Positions 1-7,586 of a stretch of DNA of 64,000 bases are shown piece after piece (within the stretch, counting starts at the first letter, position 1; every line of letters begins with the position of its first letter). The translations under genes and the position numbers were made by a program. Origin of the DNA: Acidimicrobiales bacterium (GTDB lineage Bacteria; Actinomycetota; Acidimicrobiia; Acidimicrobiales; WLNW01). A model generated the notes under the pieces. That model saw only the letters and a program-made list of their open reading frames with translations, was not told the origin of the DNA and searched no databases. The stretch spans positions 6,697 through 70,696 of the forward strand of contig JBDTLT010000009.1 in assembly GCA_039934635.1 (NCBI GenBank), written 5' to 3'.

Positions 1-353
1 GCTACCCCACTGTCATCATCGACATGGCGCTCAACTTGCTGATCGCCCTCGTGGTCGTGGCGGCCGTCCGCGCGGTGGGCACCGCGCTGGTCGTCGCACT
101 GCTGACGACTCCCGCTGCGACGGCGCGCATCGTGTCCTCGCGCATCACGACGATGATGGTGCTGTCGTGTGCAATCGGCGCCATCGGGGGCTGGCTCGGC
201 CTGGTCATCAGCTACGACGCATCGATCCATTACGACGTGCGGCTGGCCGCCGGCGCCACCACGGTCGTTGTGCTCACGGTCGCGTTCGCGGCAGTTGCCG
301 TGGCGTTCGCGCTTGCGCGCCGGCGCCACGCCCGCCAGGCGGTCGTGTCATGA
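1..353 (+). CDS. Metal (Mn/Zn/Fe-type) ABC transporter permease, ABC-3 family; 3' part only, the 5' end is off-window
   Basis: The frame is open from position 3 (YPTVIIDMALNLLIALVVV...). The product is very hydrophobic, with the TTPAATARIV motif typical of ABC-3 permeases. Its stop TGA (351-353) overlaps the next ATG (ATGA). Confidence 0.8.
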   Translation, partial: YPTVIIDMALNLLIALVVVAAVRAVGTALVVALLTTPAATARIVSSRITTMMVLSCAIGAIGGWLGLVISYDASIHYDVRLAAGATTVVVLTVAFAAVAVAFALARRRHARQAVVS

Positions 354-1225
354 ACCATCTCCTCGATCTCTACGACTCGACGATCATGCAGCGAGCGCTC
401 ATCGAAGCCGCACTCGTCGGCGCGTTGTGCGGTGCAGTGGGTATCCACGTGTTGCTGCGCCGGCTGCCGTTCTTCACGATCACCGTGGCGCACGCGACCT
501 TCCCCGGGGTCGTCCTCGCGGTCATCCTCGGGGCCAGCGTGCTCACCGGCGCGGTGGTGTTCGCGTTGTTACTGGTGTTGGGCATCTGGCTGACCGGTGT
601 CGAAGAACGACTGGCGACATCGACTGTCGTCGGGGTCGCACTCGCCGGTTCGTTCGGCGTCGGCGCCATGTTGCAATCGACGCAGAACGGCTTCACCAAG
701 GACCTCGCGTCCATCTTGGTCGGGCAGATCATCGCCGTGCAGCGCGGCGATCTGATCGCCACCGCCATCATCGGCGGGCTCGTACTCGCGACTATGGTCT
801 CGACGCACAAAGAGCTCGTCCTGTCGGCGTTCGACCGCACCGAGGCGCAAGCGCAGGGTCATTCCCGCACGGTCGACCTGCTCGCGCTGTTGATCGTCGC
901 GGCCGCGGTCGTGACGACGGTGCCCGCGGTGGGCACGATCTTGTCGGTGGCCTTGCTGACGATCCCCGCGATGACGGCTCGGCTCGTGACGCGGCGCGTC
1001 GAGACCGCGATGGTCACGTCGGCCGCGATCGGCGCGCTCGCCGGGGTAGTCGGGCTCACGATCTCGGCTCAATGGCGGGTCGCGGCCGGTGCCGCGATCA
1101 CTCTCACCGCAGCGGGGTTGTTCTTGCTCGTGCTCCTGTTCACGACGGTGACCCGCCGTGCGACGTCAACCGAGAAGGCCGTTGTGTTCCCCGATGCGGG
1201 GCGCACGCCGGAGCTGGCTCGCTGA
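350..1225 (+). CDS. Metal ABC transporter permease, ABC-3 family (second permease of the pair)
   Basis: I trimmed ORF 167..1225 to the ATG at 350 (MNHLLDLYDSTIMQRALIEA...). The product is multi-TM and has the LLTIPAMTARLV motif, paralogous to the preceding gene. The upstream 61 codons are Arg-rich junk overlapping the previous gene. Confidence 0.85.
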   Translation: MNHLLDLYDSTIMQRALIEAALVGALCGAVGIHVLLRRLPFFTITVAHATFPGVVLAVILGASVLTGAVVFALLLVLGIWLTGVEERLATSTVVGVALAGSFGVGAMLQSTQNGFTKDLASILVGQIIAVQRGDLIATAIIGGLVLATMVSTHKELVLSAFDRTEAQAQGHSRTVDLLALLIVAAAVVTTVPAVGTILSVALLTIPAMTARLVTRRVETAMVTSAAIGALAGVVGLTISAQWRVAAGAAITLTAAGLFLLVLLFTTVTRRATSTEKAVVFPDAGRTPELAR

Positions 1226-2401
1226 CCCGTTGCAGATGAACGGCAAGCCGAGATACGTATAGGACGCCCCGAGGTCCTCGTGCTCGACCTCGACCGGGAA
1301 CCCGCGAGCGACGAAGTGGGGATCGCTCAAGACCTCTTCGGGCGAGTACACCACCGTGGCCGCGATGCCGTGGTGCTGTGCCCCCATGAAGAACTCATAC
1401 GCAGTCGAGCGTTCGGCCATGAACCGAATCGCTTCGCGGCCGGCGTTGAAGATCGCCTGCGCTTCGGGATCGGTGGCGATCTCGTTGAGTTGCACGCCCC
1501 CGCGGGCCACACCCATCTCCAAGAAGAACGCTTCGCCATACTCTTCGCGGACACCTTCGTCGTCCAACCAATCGACGAGGCGCTGATACTCGGCCGCGCT
1601 GCGCGGTGGCACGCCGCTGTGCACGGTACGGCCGTCTGCCGCCTCCGCGAACGAGCTCGTCGTCATACGCACCGACGCGTGCCGCCCGGTCTGTCGTTGC
1701 ACCGTACGTTGCGCGACGAGGTAGTCGTAGGTCGCGGCTTCGGTGGTGACGTTGACCGCCGCGTGCAGGCTCACATCGATGAATTGCCCGATCCCGGTCG
1801 CGCCACGATGCAACACCGCGGTGAGCGCAGACATCGTCGCGAAGATCGAGCCGGTCTGATAGCCCTGGTTGCCGCCGCCGCGCACCGGGGGTATCGAATG
1901 GTCGTCGTAGCCACAGCTCCACACCGGCCCGCCGCCCGCCAGCACCGTGAGATCGGTCGAGAGCTCGGACGCCCGTGGACCAGACCGCCCGAACGGCGTG
2001 ACCGACACCCAGATCATCGCCGGGTTGAGCGAGCGCAGATCGGGATAGTCGAGCGCCTTGGCGGCCAGCACGCCCGGCATCTCGGATTCGACCACGATGT
2101 CGGCCGTCGCGATCAGCGACCGCAGCGCATCGGCCCCGGCGCGGTCGTCGAGATCGATCGTCACACCAAGCTTGTTGGTGTTGTAGTGCCACCACCACAA
2201 GCTGCGTTCGGGGTCTTCGACGTCGCCGGCGAAGGGCGCCCAATGGCGCGTCTCGTGACCGCCCGGTGGTTCGACGACGATCACTTCCGCGCCGTAGATC
2301 GCCAGCAGCTTGCCCGCGAAGCAGGCGCGTGACGAGGCCAACTCCACGACGCGCAACCCGGACAACGGCCCGCCTGGCCCGGCACTCTCGCTTCGCTCCA
2401 T
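1166..2401 (-). CDS. CoA-transferase family III (CaiB/BaiF-type)
   Basis: The N-terminus LSGLRVVELASSRACFAGKLLAIYGAEVIVVEPPGG is the family-III glycine-rich fold. Its ATG shares one nt with the TGA of the upstream paralog (TGATG at 2399-2403). Confidence 0.88.
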   Translation of the reverse strand: MERSESAGPGGPLSGLRVVELASSRACFAGKLLAIYGAEVIVVEPPGGHETRHWAPFAGDVEDPERSLWWWHYNTNKLGVTIDLDDRAGADALRSLIATADIVVESEMPGVLAAKALDYPDLRSLNPAMIWVSVTPFGRSGPRASELSTDLTVLAGGGPVWSCGYDDHSIPPVRGGGNQGYQTGSIFATMSALTAVLHRGATGIGQFIDVSLHAAVNVTTEAATYDYLVAQRTVQRQTGRHASVRMTTSSFAEAADGRTVHSGVPPRSAAEYQRLVDWLDDEGVREEYGEAFFLEMGVARGGVQLNEIATDPEAQAIFNAGREAIRFMAERSTAYEFFMGAQHHGIAATVVYSPEEVLSDPHFVARGFPVEVEHEDLGASYTYLGLPFICNGSASQLRRAPRIGEHNGLLG

Positions 2402-3657
2402 CAGATGATCCCGTCGGTGCGAAGGTCGTCGATCTGCGCGGTGGTCATCCCGAGCAGTTCGCCGAAGACCTGTTCGTTGTGCTCACCGAGGCAGGGCGCG
2501 CCGCGTGCGATCACCCAATCGGTTTCGCTGAAATGCGCCGGCTCGCCGTCGACGCGCACCTCGCCCATCTCGCGGTGCTCCACGGTCGGCCAGAGCCCCC
2601 ACGCGGACGTGTTCGTGTCCGCGTCGATGCGCTCCGCCGGCTTTTGCACCGCCGAGGCCGGCACACCGACGGCTTGCAGCCGCGCCGCGAGATCGAACTT
2701 GTTCCACGAACGAGTCGCGGCGTCGATGGCGAGGTCGAGTTCGTCTTCGTGGGCGAGCCGGCCCGCGAGCGTGGCGTAGCGCGCATCGCCGCACCACGGT
2801 TGGGCCATCACTTCGGCGAAGCGCACCCAGTCGTGGTCGTCGCGACAGGACACTGCGACCCAATCGTCGTCGCCGGTGCACGCGTAGATGCCGTGGGGCG
2901 CCATCGGTGGGAACTGGCTGCGGTTCGAATTCGGCATGCCGGTGCGGCGCAGCGGGCGGCCGTTGACCGTGTAGTCGAGCACGACCGGGCCGAGCAACGC
3001 TGCCCCCGCTTCGGTGCACGACATGTCGACCCACTGCCCCTCGCCCGTGCGTTGGTGGTGCACCAGTGCGCAGAGGATCGCGATCGCCATGATGTTGCCG
3101 CCGTGGTGGTCCATGTAGCTGTAGCCCCACCCCGCAGGCGGCAGACCGGGCAATCCCGACGAGAACGTGAGCCCGCAGGCCGCTTGCACGATCGGGCCCC
3201 ACGTGCGAAAGCTGCGATACGGCCCCGTGTGACCGAACCCGCAATTCGACACGTAGATGATGTCGTCCTTGATCGCGCGCAATGCGGGGTAGTCGAAGCC
3301 CCACCGCTCGAGGACCCCCGCGGCAAAGTTCTCGCTGACGACATCGCTGATCTCGACGAGTTGGCGCAGCAACTCTTTGCCCCGATCGGTGCGCAGGTTC
3401 AGTGTGATGCCGAGCTTTTCGACGTTGTGGTTCTGGAACCCGCCGCCGAGCTCGATGCCGCGACGATCGTCCTGGAACGGCTCGTTGCCCCGCAAGATGT
3501 CCCACTTGCCTTGCCGCACCGGGTCCTCGATGCGAATCACTTGCGCGCCGAGCGCCGCGAGCCACCGCGTTGCGCCCGCACCCGCGAGTTGGCCGGTGAA
3601 GTCGCAGATGCGGATGTGCGAAAGCGCGGCCGATTTCGCGGGGGTAACCGTCGTCAT
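2401..3657 (-). CDS. CoA-transferase family III (CaiB/BaiF-type), first of a translationally coupled pair
   Basis: IRICDFTGQLAGAGATRWLAALGAQVIRIEDP and ...ENFAAGVLERWGFDYPALRAIKDDIIYVSNCGFG are typical family-III signatures. Confidence 0.88.
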   Translation of the reverse strand: MTTVTPAKSAALSHIRICDFTGQLAGAGATRWLAALGAQVIRIEDPVRQGKWDILRGNEPFQDDRRGIELGGGFQNHNVEKLGITLNLRTDRGKELLRQLVEISDVVSENFAAGVLERWGFDYPALRAIKDDIIYVSNCGFGHTGPYRSFRTWGPIVQAACGLTFSSGLPGLPPAGWGYSYMDHHGGNIMAIAILCALVHHQRTGEGQWVDMSCTEAGAALLGPVVLDYTVNGRPLRRTGMPNSNRSQFPPMAPHGIYACTGDDDWVAVSCRDDHDWVRFAEVMAQPWCGDARYATLAGRLAHEDELDLAIDAATRSWNKFDLAARLQAVGVPASAVQKPAERIDADTNTSAWGLWPTVEHREMGEVRVDGEPAHFSETDWVIARGAPCLGEHNEQVFGELLGMTTAQIDDLRTDGII

Positions 3658-3692
3658 GGGACGAACCTATTCGAAATGAGTACCGTGGTTCC

Positions 3693-4691
3693 ATGACACT
3701 CGCCGCAGAACGCCATCAGTACGACGACTACGACTCCCTGCTCGAGGACTATTTCGAAAAGGGTTGGACCGATGGGTTACCGGTCGTGCCGCCGACGCCC
3801 GAAAAAGTCGAGCACTTCCTGCGCGTCGCCGGTCTCGAACCCGACACCGAGCTGGGTGCAGTACCGACGCGCGAAGTGGTGGTGACCGCCGAGCAGGCCG
3901 CCATCAACGCAGTGATGGCCGGATGCAAGCCCGAATACTTCCCCGCGGTCGTTGCGGCAGTGCGCGCGCATCTCGATCCGATGGGCAATTGCCACTCGAC
4001 CACCGGCACGCTCTCGGGCGCGGCGCATGCGGTCATCATCAATGGACCCATCCGCAACGAGATCGGCGTGGCCAGTTACTCCGGTTGCTTCGGGCCGGGT
4101 TTCCGCGCCAACGCCACCATCGGCCGCGCGTTACGGCTCGTGATCCGCAATGTCTGTCGGGCGATTCCCGGCTTTCTCGACCGCGCATCGTTCTCGTGGC
4201 CGCTGCGTTACTCGTTCTGCTTTGGCGAGAACGAAGAAGCCAGCAACTGGACACCGATGCACGTGCAACGCGGATTCCGGCCCGACCAGAGCACCGCCAC
4301 CGTCATGTCGATCATGAAGTTCGCACCGGCGAGCGATCTCACGAGCCGTACCGCCGAGGGCATCTTGGATTCGATCGTGAAGAACGCGCGCTGGTCCGGT
4401 GTGGGCGGCGACCACTGGCTCGGTGATGACCACAACGTCATGTTCGTGTTCGGCACCGAGCATCACCGCTTCTTCATCGAAGAGGACTATTCGAAAGAGC
4501 GCATGCAGGAGTACCTGTGGCCCAAGCTCTACGCGGAGACGAGTGGTCCCAACGACCGCCGGGTGAACGTGGCCAAGCCCGAGGGCATCTTGTTGGTCGC
4601 TGCCGGCGGGCCGGGTATGGGTGAGACGTGGATGCTGATGCCGCATCTCGCCCACGCGATCATCCGCGAAATCGAACCGGCCCGGGCCTGA
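3693..4691 (+). CDS. Conserved protein of unknown function, 332 aa, several conserved-looking Cys; first gene of the selenoprotein operon
   Basis: This is a clean ATG ORF with good codon bias. Motifs are GWTDGLPVVPPT, MAGCKPEY, GNCHSTTGT and YSGCFGPGFRAN. I recognise no family. Confidence 0.8.
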   Translation: MTLAAERHQYDDYDSLLEDYFEKGWTDGLPVVPPTPEKVEHFLRVAGLEPDTELGAVPTREVVVTAEQAAINAVMAGCKPEYFPAVVAAVRAHLDPMGNCHSTTGTLSGAAHAVIINGPIRNEIGVASYSGCFGPGFRANATIGRALRLVIRNVCRAIPGFLDRASFSWPLRYSFCFGENEEASNWTPMHVQRGFRPDQSTATVMSIMKFAPASDLTSRTAEGILDSIVKNARWSGVGGDHWLGDDHNVMFVFGTEHHRFFIEEDYSKERMQEYLWPKLYAETSGPNDRRVNVAKPEGILLVAAGGPGMGETWMLMPHLAHAIIREIEPARA

Positions 4692-4769
4692 GGCACGCGG
4701 CCCGTGCGGCAAGGGAGCCTGAACGGGGAACCCTGGTAACATCAACGGACCGGCGATGGAGGTAGCACC

Positions 4770-5309
4770 ATGGCATTGATCGGACTCGATCCGACGAGTG
4801 GTCCCATCGGGGGCGACAGCGGCAAACGCCTCGCTCCCCGTCCGGTTTCGCTGGCGGGACAAGTGGTCGGGCTCGTCGCCAACGGTCTCGGCCAAGGCGA
4901 GGCGTTCCTCGACGCCCTCTACGAAGAGCTCAACAAGATCGACGATCTCCAGGGCAAGGTCAAGGTCATCAAGGGGTCGGTGTCGATCGCGCCGTATCCC
5001 GACGATTGGAAGCGCTTGACCGAAGGAGCCACCGTCGCCATCACCGGCTTCGGTGGTTGAGGCAGCTGTAGCGCCCGCAGTTTGCGGGACGCCGTCGAAC
5101 TCGAGTGGGCCGGCATTCCGTCGGTGGCCATCATTCACTACGAGATGACCGGGTCGGCCAAGGCGATCGCCCGCATCAGCGGACACGAAGACTACGACTT
5201 TGTCACGGTCGGCTATCCGCACATCCCGACCGCGGTGTGGACTGCCGACGAGGCCAAAGAGATCGCGTCGGATGTTGCGCCGCTCGTGCGCAAGCTCTTG
5301 ACTTCGTAG
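4770..5309 (+). CDS. Putative selenoprotein with a U-G-S-C redox motif (179 aa, Sec at codon 97, TGA 5058-5060); the ORF caller splits it into 4770..5060 and 5082..5309
   Basis: Both called ORFs are in the same frame. Only TGA plus 7 sense codons (GSCSARS) separate them. GGAGG lies 9-13 nt before the ATG at 4770, and the second half has no RBS or ATG. The context is ITGFGG-U-GSCS, with a hairpin 10 nt after the TGA. It resembles what I recall RefSeq naming 'UGSC family (seleno)protein'; I could not verify this. Confidence 0.72.
5071..5092 (+). promoter_or_regulatory. SECIS-like stem-loop downstream of the TGA at 5058
   Basis: The sequence gcgcccgc-AGUUU-gcggg(a)cgc gives an 8-bp stem with one bulged A and a 5-nt apical loop containing G and U. 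It starts 10 nt after the UGA, which is the spacing expected for bacterial SECIS elements. Confidence 0.6.
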
Positions 5310-5311
5310 AC

Positions 5312-5806
5312 ATGAGTGGTGACAACCTCCAACGCGAGGTGCGGTTGCTTGCCGCGCATCGTGCCATCGAGCAACAGATCTACCGCATGGGCTACGCGCT
5401 CGAGGATGGCGACTTCGAGGTCGTAGGCGAGCTGTTGCAACACGCGACATTCGGCGCCGACATGATCGGGCGCCGCGTCTTCACCGGACGTGACGAGATC
5501 CGTGGCCAGTACGAGCGCACCAACATTGTCTATCCGGGCAAAGGCCGAGCGACCCGTGAGATGTACACCAACGTCGTCATCGACATCGATCTCGATGCAT
5601 CGACGGCCCGATCAACCACGATGTACACGGTGGCACAGCAGATCCCCGACAGCGGAGCGCCGTTCGCGATGTTGGTGGCGGGGCGTTACGAAGACGAATG
5701 GGCCGTCATAGACGACGACTGGCACTGGACAGACCGCTTCATCGTCGTGCAATTCAAGAACGACCTCGACCGGCACATGCACACCGGTTCGCAGCCCTAC
5801 AACTGA
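5312..5806 (+). CDS. SnoaL-like / NTF2-fold protein
   Basis: I trimmed ORF 5105..5806 to the ATG at 5312, 2 nt after the selenoprotein stop. The product (MSGDNLQREVRLLAAHRAIEQQIYRMGYALEDGDFE...WHWTDRFIVV) matches the SnoaL_4/NTF2-like pattern. Confidence 0.7.
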   Translation: MSGDNLQREVRLLAAHRAIEQQIYRMGYALEDGDFEVVGELLQHATFGADMIGRRVFTGRDEIRGQYERTNIVYPGKGRATREMYTNVVIDIDLDASTARSTTMYTVAQQIPDSGAPFAMLVAGRYEDEWAVIDDDWHWTDRFIVVQFKNDLDRHMHTGSQPYN

Positions 5807-5807
5807 C

Positions 5808-5824
5808 CGGCAAACCGTTTGCCG
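5808..5824. terminator. Near-perfect palindrome between convergent genes; possible bidirectional terminator hairpin
   Basis: cggcaaac-c-gtttgccg has 8-bp arms. It sits in the 18-bp gap between the stops at 5806 (+) and 5825 (-). There is no clear U-tract. Confidence 0.35.
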
Positions 5825-6700
5825 TCAGACGACGTCGAGCAGTGAACCGGGTTGCAGCCCGGCGGCGCGGATCTCTTTGATGATCTGCACGAGGGCGTTG
5901 CCGTCCTGCGACTGCTCGCCGACGTGGAACAACAAGATGCCGCCCGGGACGAACGCCTTGCGGCAGATCTCGACGATCTGCGGCGCGGTCTTGCCCATCC
6001 ACCCGAGCGAGTCGACGGTCCAGAGCGCGTCGTACTTGTAGCCGAGCTGGCCGAGCAGCTTGTCGGTCTCGTTGTCGACGTCGCCGAACGGCGGCCGGAA
6101 CCACGGCTTGGACGTGACGTTTGCGCCGGCAAGGTTCTTGAACACCTGCTCGGCCTTGTCCAGCTCGGCGGTGCGAGCTTCACGATTCAGCAGCGCCGTC
6201 GACGACGAGAAGCCGGTCCACGACTTGTGGCTGTATGTGTGATTGACGAGGTGATGACCTTCGGCGACGATGCGCCGGAACATGTCGGGGTTCTGTTCGG
6301 CCCACTTGCCCGTCATGCCGAAGCTGACCTTGATCTGCTCGGCTTTGAGAGTGTCGAGAATCTGGCCCGTGAACCCGACGTCGGAACCCGCGTCGAAGGT
6401 GAGGGCGACGACCTTGCGCCCGTTGGTTCCCTTGCGCATCTGCAGCGCGGGCGCGCCGGCCGGTGGCGCAGTCGTCGTCGACGCACCGGCGACGGTGCCG
6501 ATCGGTGCGGTAGTGGCGGATGCCGCGCGCGTCGTGGCGGGCGCGGCGGTACTCGCCGTCGCTTCGACTTGACCAGAGGCCGTCGATGTCACTCCGGGCT
6601 CGTCGTCGGGCGCCGCCTGTGGGGCGCCGCCGCACGCCGTGAACACGAGTGCACACGCGACCGAGAGCGCGACGCGAGAAAGAATGCGGGGAGACGGCAC
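5825..6700 (-). CDS. Polysaccharide deacetylase (NodB/CE4 family) lipoprotein with an Ala/Thr-rich linker
   Basis: CE4 motifs are present: LTFDAGSD, HLVNHTYSH, RPPFG. The signal and lipobox read RILSRVALSVACALVFTAC. The start is set at the GTG at 6700. The called 464-aa ORF extends antisense across the SDR gene and I rejected that extension. Confidence 0.8.
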   Translation of the reverse strand: MPSPRILSRVALSVACALVFTACGGAPQAAPDDEPGVTSTASGQVEATASTAAPATTRAASATTAPIGTVAGASTTTAPPAGAPALQMRKGTNGRKVVALTFDAGSDVGFTGQILDTLKAEQIKVSFGMTGKWAEQNPDMFRRIVAEGHHLVNHTYSHKSWTGFSSSTALLNREARTAELDKAEQVFKNLAGANVTSKPWFRPPFGDVDNETDKLLGQLGYKYDALWTVDSLGWMGKTAPQIVEICRKAFVPGGILLFHVGEQSQDGNALVQIIKEIRAAGLQPGSLLDVV

Positions 6701-6782
6701 CGCGCAACAGTACCGAGACGGCCCGATAGGTGCAGAACGGGCGGCGTGACAGAATGGCCATCCATCTTCCAGGGGGCTTTCC

Positions 6783-7586
6783 ATGACCGATCCGTTCGCC
6801 GCGTACGACATGACCGGAAAGGTGGCAGTCCTCACCGGAGGGGCCAGCGGCATCGGCGAGGCGTCAGCCGAGCTCATCGCCGGCGCCGGCGGCGCGGTCG
6901 TGTTGGGCGATATCGACGAAGGTGGAGCCGAAAAGGTCGCGCAGCGCATCCGTGATGCCGGCGGTCGCGCCGTCGCCCAGCGGTGCAACGTCGCGCAAAA
7001 AGCCGACGTCGACGCGCTCATCGATCGAGGCGTGGCGGAATTCGGCAGGGTTGACGCGATGGGCAACATCGCGGGCGTGATGAACGCCGATCTCGTCATC
7101 AACATCACCGAGGCCGAGTTCGACCGCATCATCGCCATCAACATGAAGGGCGTGCTGTGGGGTTGCCAGGCTGCGCTGCGGGTGATGATGCCGCAGGGTT
7201 CGGGCAGCATCATCAACATCTCGTCCGCCGCGATCGACTATCCCAACAGCAACGTGTCGCTCTACGCCATGACCAAAGCGGCCGTGGCCATGTTGACGAT
7301 GGAACTCGCCATCGAGGCCGGCCCGCACGGCGTGAGGGTCAACTGCCTCGCACCCGGTCAGACGGCCACCAACTTCGGCCGCTATCTCCGTGAAGACGAC
7401 AAGGGTGAGATCGACCCCGACAAGTACGCCGGGTACGTGAGCCGCGGCACCAGCCTCTCGCCGATCGGCCGTCTCGGCGAAGCCATCGACCAGGCACACC
7501 TCGTGCACTATTTGGCCAGCGATGCGTCTCGCTTCGCGACCGGCGCCATCTTCCGTGTGAATGGTGGTGTGGGGATCGTCTGGTGA
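6783..7586 (+). CDS. SDR-family oxidoreductase
   Basis: The Rossmann motif is TGGASGIGEA and the YxxxK is YAMTKAAV. The stop overlaps the next start (GTGA at 7583-7586). Confidence 0.9.
   Translation: MTDPFAAYDMTGKVAVLTGGASGIGEASAELIAGAGGAVVLGDIDEGGAEKVAQRIRDAGGRAVAQRCNVAQKADVDALIDRGVAEFGRVDAMGNIAGVMNADLVINITEAEFDRIIAINMKGVLWGCQAALRVMMPQGSGSIINISSAAIDYPNSNVSLYAMTKAAVAMLTMELAIEAGPHGVRVNCLAPGQTATNFGRYLREDDKGEIDPDKYAGYVSRGTSLSPIGRLGEAIDQAHLVHYLASDASRFATGAIFRVNGGVGIVW

Noticed and set aside
1166-1225. The 3' ends of the ABC permease (+) and the CoA-transferase (-) converge and overlap by 60 bp.
   Set aside because: This is probably genuine but unremarkable. The permease tail after its last TM (…TEKAVVFPDAGRTPELAR) looks non-conserved, and no alternative reading resolves the overlap. 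It is not evidence of a special element.
2266-3696. Many long ORFs lie opposite to, or out of frame with, supported genes. Examples are 2266..3696 (+), 4131..5450 (-), 7508..8791 (-), 14329..15861 (+), 21721..23004 (+), 29270..30889 (+), 32382..34445 (+), 43504..44772 (-) and 58216..59616 (-).
   Set aside because: Their products are Arg/Gly/Pro/His-rich low-complexity sequences, typical of non-coding frames in high-GC DNA. Each fully overlaps a gene with clear family motifs.
4689-4739. The TGA stop of the 332-aa gene (4689-4691) is in the same frame as the downstream selenoprotein ORF and is followed by a small hairpin (gcacg-cggcc-cgtgc). I considered a second Sec read-through fusing the two genes.
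   Set aside because: An in-frame TAA occurs 45 nt downstream (4737-4739). The selenoprotein also has its own strong GGAGG RBS and ATG at 4770. This is an ordinary stop.
6701-7219. The called 464-aa ORF (5825..7219, minus) has a 173-codon N-terminal extension.
   Set aside because: The extension is antisense to the well-supported SDR gene (6783..7586) and has a Met/Ser/Pro-rich nonsense composition. A GTG at 6700 gives a proper lipoprotein signal peptide.
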